A DNA stretch of 58,788 nucleotides from a virus (lineage: Duplodnaviria; Caudoviricetes). Positions 47,345 through 57,192 of the stretch are shown here, piece after piece. The stretch is from IMG/VR virus record IMGVR_UViG_3300007094_000198, positions 1 to 58,788 of that record; one strand, 5' to 3'. The stretch's first letter is position 1. Every line of letters begins with the position of its first letter. The notes beneath the pieces were generated by a model. It was not told the origin of the DNA. It searched no databases and saw only the letters and a program-made list of their open reading frames with translations. The translations under genes and the position numbers were made by a program.

Positions 47345-48058
47345 TTAAACCGCTACAGGCTCTTCTCTACTAGCTGCTTGAAAGACAGCTTTACGTACAG
47401 GGTCCAAATCAGAGATAGTGTATGAAGTACCAGCTATGTTCGCTGATACAACGCTGTCTAAGCTTATTGTTCTTACTTCAACACTATCTTCAACTCCCTG
47501 ATAATGACCACTCTTTACTCTCGCTCCTTTATATTTTTCGACTTCCTGTTTACTTGTAACCGTAAAATCATTAGAGGATGTTGGATTCTCCGTGCTAGCC
47601 ATTACATACACAGGCTTAGTAGTAGCTGATGTCTGCATAGGGCTGTAACGAATATAAAGCTGTTCACCCTTTGTAACAAGCACACTACTGCCCGGAAGAG
47701 GAGAGTAAGTACTAGCTTGAGCTACAAAACCACCCTCTTTACCCTCTCGCTCTCTTTGCTTGTTAACTCTGCTCTGATAGTCATAACCAACAAGAACGTT
47801 GACTCTAGTTACCTTTGCAAAGTACGTCTTACCATTCTTTAACCCCGGTAGCGTAAATGAAGGTAGATCCGCCTTATTCGTAGTTTCTTTTGTTACTTGT
47901 GTGACACTAAAAAAGTTTGTACCTTTATGAGCAGCTTCCGCTGCTTTGATTATATCAACAAGCTGAGCTTTAGTTACGGTTTGTCCACCAGCTCCGAACT
48001 GACCTTCGATAATTTTTTCGTATTGCTCTTGAAGCAAGGCAGAATCTTTATTAATCAT
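47345..48058 (-). CDS. Hypothetical late protein
   Basis: AATAAATA at 48066-48073; MINKDSALLQEQYEKIIEG N-terminus. Confidence 0.65.
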   Translation of the reverse strand: MINKDSALLQEQYEKIIEGQFGAGGQTVTKAQLVDIIKAAEAAHKGTNFFSVTQVTKETTNKADLPSFTLPGLKNGKTYFAKVTRVNVLVGYDYQSRVNKQREREGKEGGFVAQASTYSPLPGSSVLVTKGEQLYIRYSPMQTSATTKPVYVMASTENPTSSNDFTVTSKQEVEKYKGARVKSGHYQGVEDSVEVRTISLDSVVSANIAGTSYTISDLDPVRKAVFQAASREEPVAV

Positions 48059-48077
48059 ATGAGTATATTTATTAATT

Positions 48078-49175
48078 TTAACTAGCTTTTAGTGTTTTAC
48101 CAAGAGCAGCTACGGATACTTTCTTATTAGAAATGAGAGCAGTTTCTACAGCGAAATCATCTCCAGAATAACTTATAATCGAAAAAGCATTCTGCCAATT
48201 AGCTGCAGAAGCATACAACGGCTTAAGATTACATCCACAGCCGTTTTCATACACTCTAATTATTTTTTCATCTTGAGTACCTATAGACGGTATACGTTGG
48301 GATGTCATACCAACTCTATGAGTATGGTTACACATAATCGATGTAAACCACTTTTCAAAAAGACCTCTAGCAGAATATCCGCCATGACGTCTTACAACAT
48401 CACCGTGCATAACAATAAAACCAGGCACGACTTCTACATAATCAACGAGTTTAACTCTACTCCACTCAGCTTTAGGTAAAAACACGGAAGAGTAGGAAAG
48501 ACGTTCTTTAATTTCAGGTAAACCACCTATCTCTCCAAGTCTATCGCTAAGATATCTCCACCATCTACCCTCGTTACCGTCTCCAGAGTGATTAGAGTTT
48601 GTTTCGTATATTTTAGTTTGATAAGGCTCAGTTATATCATGTAATTGTTTTAAGAATTTATGATAACCTTGTCTCTCTTGAAAAAGAGAGTATGTTTGAC
48701 GTATATCCTTTGGATACCGACTAATAGCAAACATATCCAAAGTATCACCGTTTAGTATAACAACCTCCGGTTTAATCTCATCAACAGTCTGCAAAAACAA
48801 ATCAATAACATCCCAATCTTCAGTTCCAAAGTGAATATCACCGATTACTAAAGCGCATTTATTAGCCTGTTGATACAGCTTTGGCTTTTTAGGTGCATCG
48901 TACGATATTGGTGCAAGCTGCATAATAAACTCTTTTACGTCTTCGTTTTCTTCTCGTCTTGCAGCAGAAGTTTTTATATAAGGCATCGGGGAGGTCTGCT
49001 TGAGCACACTTTCTCCAACTTCATGTATAAGCTGAGAATTACCTCGCCTACGATCTGTGACCCAATCCCAAGCAGTTGATGGCTTTGTATCTAAGAGCTC
49101 AGCTATTTGTTTAAAGCTATAGCCCTGTGAGCGTAGTTCTTTAGCTTTGTTTATTTTCGCTTGTTGTGTCAGCAT
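48078..49175 (-). CDS. HTH-fused calcineurin-like metallophosphoesterase
   Basis: N-terminal HTH (LRSQGYSFKQIAELL...STAWDW); DIHFG, NGDTLD, SNH, HGD, HTHR. Confidence 0.8.
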   Translation of the reverse strand: MLTQQAKINKAKELRSQGYSFKQIAELLDTKPSTAWDWVTDRRRGNSQLIHEVGESVLKQTSPMPYIKTSAARREENEDVKEFIMQLAPISYDAPKKPKLYQQANKCALVIGDIHFGTEDWDVIDLFLQTVDEIKPEVVILNGDTLDMFAISRYPKDIRQTYSLFQERQGYHKFLKQLHDITEPYQTKIYETNSNHSGDGNEGRWWRYLSDRLGEIGGLPEIKERLSYSSVFLPKAEWSRVKLVDYVEVVPGFIVMHGDVVRRHGGYSARGLFEKWFTSIMCNHTHRVGMTSQRIPSIGTQDEKIIRVYENGCGCNLKPLYASAANWQNAFSIISYSGDDFAVETALISNKKVSVAALGKTLKAS

Positions 49176-49210
49176 AAGTTTTAAACAGTCTATAAAAAAA
49201 TAAAAAGAAA

Positions 49211-51571
49211 TCAACTCTCTTTTCTCAAAGAATGATCGTAATGTGCAAAACGATTGTGATCTGTAGGCGAGATTAACAGTATACCTGATGTTAAATTACC
49301 TTTTCTAGTTTCTTGATACATAAAGCTCATCCAGGTTTGTTCAAAAGGATGTGCCCATTTTGTAGTTAAAAACATTTTTTGATTACCTTCTTTAGTTACA
49401 AGTTGAGGCCAATTGCAATAATAAACTTCCCCTAAGGCGTAAGGCACATCTTTATATATCTTAATAGATTTAAAATTTGTTCTAGGGGAATTTAAATCAA
49501 TGCCTTGTTCAGGTAAAGTACAATACTCTGGCCAAATTTCCTGTCGCACAGACTGCGGTACGTTGTACCAAGCCCATTGCATAGAATTGTCTCCGTAAAA
49601 TTCAGAAAATGAGAGCTTTAAAAAATCGAGTTTTTCTTTATAAAGAATATGAGAAGATTTTTGTAATAATTTAGGTACAACTCTATTAAACCCAGACTTA
49701 CACACTTGTTTATTATTTGGATCAGTAAAAAACATATCATCCTCAAAGAATAACATGTAATCTAAATTTGTTTCTGCAAAATGCTCTGCAATAAACTGTC
49801 TACCACCACATATACCTAAATTATCTTTTTTAATATGGGTAAAATTGTATTGAGCGCACAGACTTTCATATTCTGGTGTTGTATTAAGATCAGTTGAATT
49901 GTTTAGCAAGTACTTTGTCGTGCAACCTATAAATTCACTATCATAAGAATTCATAGTCCCAATTAAATCTTTAAATTGAGCGGGGCTATTATATGTGAGT
50001 ACATATAAACCAGCCTTTTTAACGCTAAAATCTTCTTCAATCACTACTCTAGGGCTGCTTTGCTGTACTAATCTCTGCACGTTGCTGCAGTTTTCAACAA
50101 CCACTTGATTGTTTTTCACATCTTCAAAAAACGTGCCCATTAACCCGTTATCTTGTATTTTTGCGTAATCAAAAAGTTCAGGGTACTTATAAAGCAGTAT
50201 TGTGAACAGAGATTCTTCTGTACCCATCAGTCCCTTGTTTAAAGTGCTTTGCAGTAACCCGTAATAAATATTATTAAAATCTGTAACTCTCTCCACAGGT
50301 CCTCCGAAGAACCCTGCTCGAGCAACCATCTCTGTACGCGCGTTAGCCTCTCTACAGAGCTCTGAATATGTAAACCCATGTACTTCAGTTTCTGCTTTAT
50401 ACGGAAAACAAACAAAGAGCAGTTTTTTGGTTAGGGATTGAATTTTTTCTAAAACATTATCATGAGTGAAATACCCAGGGTGTACGGTATTGGTTAAACC
50501 AGCATCAATCCAATATAAATGTGTGCTTCCAAACTTATCAAGAATTTTAGCATCATTAAGTAAGAACACCTTTGACATTACAAGAGGGTTATACATCTCT
50601 AAAGATGCTTGAGTTGACCCCTTCAACCAACCTACCTGGTTATACCAACTCTCTTGCTGTCTAATTTTCTGTATTAAGGGAAAATGCTCATTAGTCTTAA
50701 ACCAATCTAACCCCCTACAAATAAACTGCGTGTCTTTATTGTCTCTTCGTTCTCCGACAAAGCGTTCAAGTTCTTTATCCCCGTATATAATAAGATTACA
50801 GTTAACTTTAAGTAGCTCACTAAGCTTATCAAGGTAATGATTGTAGTTTCTCGACCAACCCTCAGACAGTTTATCTCTACCCAAATCCCAAAGCCCGGTG
50901 ACAAGCGTCACTGCTGCTTTTTGTGTTTGAGCGAACCCGGGGTTATTCTTCTGCATCACACCTAATTGATTACACGCATTCATTACATTATATTCGACAT
51001 TACGTTTCTTCAAAAAATCTGTTATTGCTGCCCTAACCCCTGGTAGATCGGGTCTATCATAATCGTGAAAACATATATACCCACCATCTACCACTCTATC
51101 GTATACTTTCTCTAAACTATCGTAAATAGATTCGTAAAAATCACCATCCAAGAACGCGAAAGATATTTTTTGCGGTAATCGTTCCTCAGGTATATCTTTA
51201 AACCATCCTTTAGTTATCACTGGTAACGGTAGATTGTTTTGCTTGAAATTAGACTCAAAGATTTCTTGTGTTGTTTTAAGGGTACCGGGTCTCCAACCAC
51301 TAAACTCTTCGTACTTTGATAGCTCAGGTAACCCCTCAAAGGAATCGTATACGTAAAGTTGCTTTTTAAAGCCAGTCTCCTGTATAACTCTCATCAGGTA
51401 CTTACTAGACTCTCCTACATAACAACCCAACTCCACAACATCTCCCTCAACATTACTATCTATAACTCGTATAAGATACTCAATTAGCTTTGAAATCTGA
51501 CCTTCTGAAATAATCGACGAATCTATTTTTTTATTCTCCACAGCGAGTATTTTGGCAACAAGATCTATCAT
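49211..51571 (-). CDS. Three-domain fusion: TylF/MycF-type O-methyltransferase + HtrL/YibB-like + GT-A domain
   Basis: GDVVELGC, DSFEGLP, KGWF, LDGDFYES, HDY; TLVTGLWD, WIDAG, GFFGG, GTEE; YVLTYN, GICGGRQ, FFEDD. Confidence 0.8.
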   Translation of the reverse strand: MIDLVAKILAVENKKIDSSIISEGQISKLIEYLIRVIDSNVEGDVVELGCYVGESSKYLMRVIQETGFKKQLYVYDSFEGLPELSKYEEFSGWRPGTLKTTQEIFESNFKQNNLPLPVITKGWFKDIPEERLPQKISFAFLDGDFYESIYDSLEKVYDRVVDGGYICFHDYDRPDLPGVRAAITDFLKKRNVEYNVMNACNQLGVMQKNNPGFAQTQKAAVTLVTGLWDLGRDKLSEGWSRNYNHYLDKLSELLKVNCNLIIYGDKELERFVGERRDNKDTQFICRGLDWFKTNEHFPLIQKIRQQESWYNQVGWLKGSTQASLEMYNPLVMSKVFLLNDAKILDKFGSTHLYWIDAGLTNTVHPGYFTHDNVLEKIQSLTKKLLFVCFPYKAETEVHGFTYSELCREANARTEMVARAGFFGGPVERVTDFNNIYYGLLQSTLNKGLMGTEESLFTILLYKYPELFDYAKIQDNGLMGTFFEDVKNNQVVVENCSNVQRLVQQSSPRVVIEEDFSVKKAGLYVLTYNSPAQFKDLIGTMNSYDSEFIGCTTKYLLNNSTDLNTTPEYESLCAQYNFTHIKKDNLGICGGRQFIAEHFAETNLDYMLFFEDDMFFTDPNNKQVCKSGFNRVVPKLLQKSSHILYKEKLDFLKLSFSEFYGDNSMQWAWYNVPQSVRQEIWPEYCTLPEQGIDLNSPRTNFKSIKIYKDVPYALGEVYYCNWPQLVTKEGNQKMFLTTKWAHPFEQTWMSFMYQETRKGNLTSGILLISPTDHNRFAHYDHSLRKES

Positions 51572-52221
51572 ACAATACCTTTCTTTACCTTACACGTCCA
51601 AGCCACCTCATTAAAGATGTCTTCTCTATACCCCTCCAGGTTTTCCCGTGCACACGCTTCCTCTATATCTCCTTGTGTAATTTCACACCAATTCCACACT
51701 CTTCTATTAATTCTCTCTTCAAAAACCTCTCGATTAACAGCGTAATCATGTGCTAAGATAAAATCTCCTTTCTTAAGATGGCAGGAGAGTGTATTGAACT
51801 CTTGTATTTTATTGCCTCCGTCACAAAGAACAATAGTCGTGCCCTCTCTACCTATATACTCAGAAACATAAGGATCAGTTAACTCGTACGTCTCTGAGAA
51901 AACGTTTTGTACTCTAACGTCTATCCCTCTTTCACGCATATCCTTATACCATGCATATTCTATAATATCGTATGTCAACACGTTACATGGTATACCAAGC
52001 TCGTCAATAAAACTTTTTAATATCATGGTGAACCCTCCAAGGGCAGTACCAATTTCTATAATATTAGAAGGCCGATTAACATTTAAAAAGTTAAAAAAAA
52101 CTTCAAAAGCGTTTTGTGTTTGTTGACATGCATGGTTATCGTAACCAGATAAACCGTTGTTTTCTTCTAAATCAATTCGCCTTGTGATTCGCTCTTTATT
52201 AAAAAAAGGTTGAGAGGTCAT
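51568..52221 (-). CDS. SAM-dependent methyltransferase (CmcI-like)
   Basis: IIEIGTALGG, LCDGGNK, LAHDY. Confidence 0.7.
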   Translation of the reverse strand: MTSQPFFNKERITRRIDLEENNGLSGYDNHACQQTQNAFEVFFNFLNVNRPSNIIEIGTALGGFTMILKSFIDELGIPCNVLTYDIIEYAWYKDMRERGIDVRVQNVFSETYELTDPYVSEYIGREGTTIVLCDGGNKIQEFNTLSCHLKKGDFILAHDYAVNREVFEERINRRVWNWCEITQGDIEEACARENLEGYREDIFNEVAWTCKVKKGIV

Positions 52222-52259
52222 ACGTATAAATATGTTTTTAAGATTAAAAAATCGAGCTC

Positions 52260-53222
52260 TTATTCGAATATAGTAAAATCTTTTAAAAACGAATGCAAAA
52301 TATTAACCTGTTTTTCAGGTACACAGTTTTTCTCGTACCACTCTCTACCATTATTTAACATATTATAAAATTGCTCTGTGTTTGCAAAATTTTGAATCAT
52401 ATCGATCTTACAGTTTATATTTTGTATAATCTCTTCTTTATCTACTCTGTTAAAAGCATGGTAATCTATAATCCTTGACATAAACGCATCATCAAAGAAC
52501 TGGTAGTAATGTGTACCAGGTATGAGCGGATCGTATGTTAGCGCGTTTAAAGGTTGCCTGAGGTTTATAGTTTTTAGACCGAATAACTCAAGATCTCTAT
52601 AACATATATTAGCAGCACCGTTAAAACTAGCACCAAATAAAGAGTTTGAAATTTCTTTATAATAAACATCTTTTTGTATGTAAGTTTTACTTTTATCGTG
52701 TATATTGAAATAAGGATGTAATGCCAAAGTCTCCATAAAGTGCGCTCGAACACCGTGCGCGAGACCTGCAAAATACACTCTTGATAGTTTTTGCTGTGCT
52801 GTGTCTTGAAAAATTTTTTCTAGTAACAAATAATCCGACCAATATTCAAAACAATATACAGACGGTTGTACATTTTTTCGGGTACTTATAAAATTTTCAG
52901 TAATATTTGATACACCTGAAAATAAAGCAATATCAAGACCTTTACGCTCACACCATTCAAGCGTAGCAAACGCATGATCATACCAACTATGTACAAAAAG
53001 TTTACCGTTTTTGTTACACCTTATTATTAACGAGTAATGTCCGAAAACACTATCAGAAGATATTTCAGTTTCAAAATTATACTGTTTATTTAAATCTCGT
53101 AACTCAACATATTCAAAACATATACCTGTTTTTTCTTCTATTTTTTTGTGAAAAAACTTGTAAAACTCGCTTACATACCAATCAGGCCACCCGCTCGAGT
53201 AAGAGATTGTATAATCAAACAT
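52260..53222 (-). CDS. Putative GT-B glycosyltransferase
   Basis: YFAG....R, S.NG...CYRDLE, L.PG.HY pattern. Confidence 0.55.
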   Translation of the reverse strand: MFDYTISYSSGWPDWYVSEFYKFFHKKIEEKTGICFEYVELRDLNKQYNFETEISSDSVFGHYSLIIRCNKNGKLFVHSWYDHAFATLEWCERKGLDIALFSGVSNITENFISTRKNVQPSVYCFEYWSDYLLLEKIFQDTAQQKLSRVYFAGLAHGVRAHFMETLALHPYFNIHDKSKTYIQKDVYYKEISNSLFGASFNGAANICYRDLELFGLKTINLRQPLNALTYDPLIPGTHYYQFFDDAFMSRIIDYHAFNRVDKEEIIQNINCKIDMIQNFANTEQFYNMLNNGREWYEKNCVPEKQVNILHSFLKDFTIFE

Positions 53223-53224
53223 AA

Positions 53225-54073
53225 CTACCTGAGTGTCGCGTATACTTTACCGCCCTTTGGCCCTGTTTTATATCCATTGAAAGTTATAATTTTACCCCAA
53301 ACAGGGTCACTGTAACCTATATCTCTCACATTAAACCCCGCAAGATACGCAGATACTCCAATCTCAAACGCTTCCGCCCAAGTACCCCAAGTGTACTCTC
53401 TATTTACGAGATAATCATGAAACCACTTCCACTGCTCAACAAATTTCTCGAGCTTATTTCCAGTGTTATAAAAAAGCAGCAAATGCTCAGCAGGCAATCC
53501 CGCTGGTCCCCACTTGGGTGTATGTGAGTCCGAAACCCGCAAAGGTGACGTGCTCACCATATCGTAATTAAAAAACTTATGCCAAATCAACGTAGAGGAT
53601 TGATAATGTGTTTCATCTTTTTCACATTGTGCGTTAAACGAGTCTATACAAGTCTGCACAGTTAAACCTGCTCTAGGTGCTAAGAAATCAAAACCTTGTT
53701 GGAAATTTCTAGTGGTATACTCTTCTACAACTTGCTCATCCCACCAATCAAACGAGTTATCACAGTCTGTGTATAAAATAAGTGCGTCTGTAAATTTCAT
53801 TACAGGTTCAAAGCAGAGATACTTTAAATTAAAGTTAAAATCGTCTCCTCCTTTATTTTCCCCCATAGGTATTCGTATTTTTACATCTTTTAGATTTATA
53901 TCCTTTATTTTTATTCTTTCATTTTGCCCGTATACGCCTTCTATTACATCTCTACAATTAGTAGTAACATAAAGATCAAGAGATGAAAGCTCAAGTACAT
54001 CCTTAATGAGACGTATTGTGTACTCTGAGGTATATTCTGCCCCGAGGCTAAGTGTGGTTAAAACTTTTTTCAT
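53225..54073 (-). CDS. Putative GT-A glycosyltransferase
   Basis: FNFNLK, YTDCD (DxD), E, E..EIG pattern. Confidence 0.55.
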   Translation of the reverse strand: MKKVLTTLSLGAEYTSEYTIRLIKDVLELSSLDLYVTTNCRDVIEGVYGQNERIKIKDINLKDVKIRIPMGENKGGDDFNFNLKYLCFEPVMKFTDALILYTDCDNSFDWWDEQVVEEYTTRNFQQGFDFLAPRAGLTVQTCIDSFNAQCEKDETHYQSSTLIWHKFFNYDMVSTSPLRVSDSHTPKWGPAGLPAEHLLLFYNTGNKLEKFVEQWKWFHDYLVNREYTWGTWAEAFEIGVSAYLAGFNVRDIGYSDPVWGKIITFNGYKTGPKGGKVYATLR

Positions 54074-54085
54074 AATATTGTGATG

Positions 54086-55459
54086 TTATTTAATCTCAGT
54101 GCTCAGGTAAATGTTTAAATCTTCCGGGGTACCTATACCCCACATTTTTTCAACCTCAAACACTCTTATCTGTTTACTGTCTTCTATAGCCTGGTTAAAC
54201 ACAGGGCAAACATAATACTCGTTATTAACTTTAATGTTCTTCTCTATCATACTCTCTGCATATTTGACGTAATCTGATCCATGCTTCCAAAAGTAAATAC
54301 CGGCAGTAGCGATATTTGATATCGGGTTTTTTTCAGCTACCTCTACAACTAACCCGTCTTCATTAACTTTAGCAAACGACCATTTGGGGTGCGTTGAAAT
54401 GAACGTAACGATTCCGCCGTCACACTCAGTCTCATTCATCTTATACATAAATTCATTTGAATTCCATTCCACTATTTGATCAGAGTTAGCTATTACAAGC
54501 GGGTTTTCGTTATTGATAAACTCTCTCGCCAGTAATGTCGTACATGCTGCCCCGCTAGTGATACCGTCAGTCTCTACAATCTCGCAATCAGGCGCTATTA
54601 ACCCTAACAAAGATTTTAAATTATATTTTTTATTATGTTCTCTTTGTACTATAAACACAAACTTTGCATCCATATTAAGATTATCAACCACGGTTTGTAT
54701 CATCGGTTTACCGTTAACGTCAATGAGTGGTTTTGGAAACGTGTAACCAGCTCTCTCAAACCTACTTCCCGCCCCCGCCATCGGTATAAGCACTGTTAAC
54801 TTTTTATCAGACCATTTCGGTGTTTTACTCAAGTTATTCATGTTTAAACAATTTATTCTTCTTTCTAATAAATTAAAGGTTATTTCTTTCGGGGTACTAA
54901 CTCTTAATATATTAGCGTGACTACGACTTGCAGCCTGTAGCCCGTGTGGAGAATCTTCTACTACAAGCACCTCCTCCGGTAAAACCTTAAAATAAGAAAT
55001 CGCGCTCCAATATATTTCTGGATGCGGTTTGCTGTTTATTACGTCTTCGTTTGATAAAATTAAATCAAAGTATTCAATAATATCTAACCTATGTAACGCT
55101 GTTAGCACTGTTTTCTTAATACTGTTACTACAACAACCAATTTTAATACCTTGTTCAGCTAACCGCTCCACACATTCTTTTATATTTGAAGCCACAGTTA
55201 GGGTCTGAAGGGCTTTTTGCGTTAATTTTTGCTTATGCTCCCAAACTTGTTTAAAAGATGCTCGCGACAAACCTCTTCTTACGTGTAACAGCTCCAATTT
55301 TTCGTTTGTTTTAAGCCCATCGAATACTTCTAAATGTTCGGCCCAGTTAATTACATACTCTTCCCCTTCTAATTTTAGTGCAGAGTTGAGACTATCAAAA
55401 TGTATTCTTTTAGCCTCTATAAGCACGCCATCTAGATCAAATAAAACAACCTTTATCAT
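54086..55459 (-). CDS. HAD phosphatase fused to sugar-phosphate nucleotidyltransferase
   Basis: FDLDGVL, SN, KPHP, VEDS; then IPMAGAGSRF, PKPLI, NSDQ, AEK, GTPEDL. Confidence 0.9.
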   Translation of the reverse strand: MIKVVLFDLDGVLIEAKRIHFDSLNSALKLEGEEYVINWAEHLEVFDGLKTNEKLELLHVRRGLSRASFKQVWEHKQKLTQKALQTLTVASNIKECVERLAEQGIKIGCCSNSIKKTVLTALHRLDIIEYFDLILSNEDVINSKPHPEIYWSAISYFKVLPEEVLVVEDSPHGLQAASRSHANILRVSTPKEITFNLLERRINCLNMNNLSKTPKWSDKKLTVLIPMAGAGSRFERAGYTFPKPLIDVNGKPMIQTVVDNLNMDAKFVFIVQREHNKKYNLKSLLGLIAPDCEIVETDGITSGAACTTLLAREFINNENPLVIANSDQIVEWNSNEFMYKMNETECDGGIVTFISTHPKWSFAKVNEDGLVVEVAEKNPISNIATAGIYFWKHGSDYVKYAESMIEKNIKVNNEYYVCPVFNQAIEDSKQIRVFEVEKMWGIGTPEDLNIYLSTEIK

Positions 55460-55905
55460 GTTTTATATTTTTCTATGTAATCACTACACACCCCTATACA
55501 ACCTTGTACATCTTCATTATAAACCTCAGGTAATACAGCTACACTTTTTAATATAGGTTGCTTACCAGGGTAAGCCCATATATACCCTCTTGATGTTAGC
55601 GTAACAGTATCATTTTCGTGCCAGAAGTAATTAAAATTATGTCTCCATGATATGTCTTTAAAAAAAAGTAAGGCGTTAATATTCTTACAGTGCACCCAGA
55701 GCTCTGTACTATACAGCTTTAACCAATCAAGCGTAACTCTGTATTGCGGCTTATCGTGACCGAGGTATAACTCATTTTCGTTAATATTCCAAACATCGAT
55801 CTCTACATCATAACCTAAGTCTAGAGCATTTAAAATATATACTAACGAATTTTCTTTAGTAGGGTTTTTTCCAGATAGATTACCTCTATGAGATATTAAA
55901 ACCAT
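55456..55905 (-). CDS. Glycerophosphodiester-phosphodiesterase-like (PLC-like) small protein
   Basis: ISHRGN, EN, VEIDVW, LGHD, WVHCKN, GVCSD. Confidence 0.7.
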   Translation of the reverse strand: MVLISHRGNLSGKNPTKENSLVYILNALDLGYDVEIDVWNINENELYLGHDKPQYRVTLDWLKLYSTELWVHCKNINALLFFKDISWRHNFNYFWHENDTVTLTSRGYIWAYPGKQPILKSVAVLPEVYNEDVQGCIGVCSDYIEKYKT

Positions 55906-55906
55906 A

Positions 55907-57181
55907 TCATAGGTTACCGGTGATGCGCTCACACCAGCCTTTTGATTTAGAATAAGGCCATACGACCCAATATGATGGTTTTTCTGCTACTTGAAACTCT
56001 CTCCACACTTTGCAATAACCATCTGGGTCTGCTTTCATGTGCATAATTTCACCGGGGTCAGCGTCTTTTCTAAAAAGCGTGTTATCGTTCTTATCGTGGA
56101 AAGCAACTACCCAGAAATCATAATCTTTCTCAGGTACTTGATGAAACCCTATATCTATACAATGTTTAAAGACTCTTAAGAATGACTCTTCATACTCTTT
56201 TTGAGTACTGTATACAGGGTTTGGTGGTTCCTTATGATCTAATGTAAATTGTTGCACACTTCGAGATTTAAAAGATATACCTGCATACTTTTCATAGTCT
56301 TCTAAGGTGCGAGCTGTACCAAAACCGTAAACACCGAAATCTGTAGCTCTTTCTTCACCGTCCATGCCAAAAAGCTTTCTATTCTTAGCGTGACTTTGAT
56401 CGTTATGCTTACCCCAATCCTTGACATCATCCCATTGCTTCGTACGACCTACTCGTGTATATTCGTGCCAAGCTAAGATTTTATGTGGATGAAATAAGTC
56501 ATACCCATTTGTAAACGCACGTACTGCTATACTGATTTCTTCCCCGTGGAAATAATAGTCAGGGTCATGTGGTACCTCTTTACAGAACTGTCCAACTGTA
56601 AACGCAAAATGAGCGGAGTAGAATCTAGCTCTCAAAGGCTTAGTTCTCTCTTTATAATCATCAATACTTGCTGGAAGAAAGAAAACAGCCCCCTCGGGTA
56701 TAAAGCGATCGAAATTCATCTTCCAAGGTATATCAACTCTTTCTGCAGGATCATTTTTCGGGTTATAGCTAGATATATAACCAGTAAGAAGCGGTTTCTT
56801 AAAACCATCTTTTTGCAGATCTTCGAGCATGTTAATACACTCTTCATCCCAGTTTTTAATAAATCTATGATGACTATCAAGCTGCATCGTAAACATCTCG
56901 CCATCATATTTCTGCTGTATTAAATTTCTTGCCCAACATGCCCCTTTACTTTCCATAAACGGTACATCTATAATTCTAAAGCGAGAGTCTTTTACATATT
57001 CATCTAAATTCTCCTCAGGTCCGTGTTGCCAACAAATTCCGAACCTTAAATTTTCCGGGTACTTTGCGTTAGCTAAACAATCTTTAAGTGTAGGAATAAG
57101 CTCGGGGTCTCTGTATGAAGCTATCTGTATGAAAATAGTTTTTGCTTCTTGCTTATTATTCTTTTTTTTAGTTTTCTTCAT
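55907..57181 (-). CDS. GT60-like (Skp1-type) polypeptide GlcNAc-transferase
   Basis: IFIQIASYRD, G.CWAR, QLDSHHRF..NWD, F.GEE, G.GTARTL. Confidence 0.8.
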   Translation of the reverse strand: MKKTKKKNNKQEAKTIFIQIASYRDPELIPTLKDCLANAKYPENLRFGICWQHGPEENLDEYVKDSRFRIIDVPFMESKGACWARNLIQQKYDGEMFTMQLDSHHRFIKNWDEECINMLEDLQKDGFKKPLLTGYISSYNPKNDPAERVDIPWKMNFDRFIPEGAVFFLPASIDDYKERTKPLRARFYSAHFAFTVGQFCKEVPHDPDYYFHGEEISIAVRAFTNGYDLFHPHKILAWHEYTRVGRTKQWDDVKDWGKHNDQSHAKNRKLFGMDGEERATDFGVYGFGTARTLEDYEKYAGISFKSRSVQQFTLDHKEPPNPVYSTQKEYEESFLRVFKHCIDIGFHQVPEKDYDFWVVAFHDKNDNTLFRKDADPGEIMHMKADPDGYCKVWREFQVAEKPSYWVVWPYSKSKGWCERITGNL

Positions 57182-57192
57182 TGTAGTTGTTG

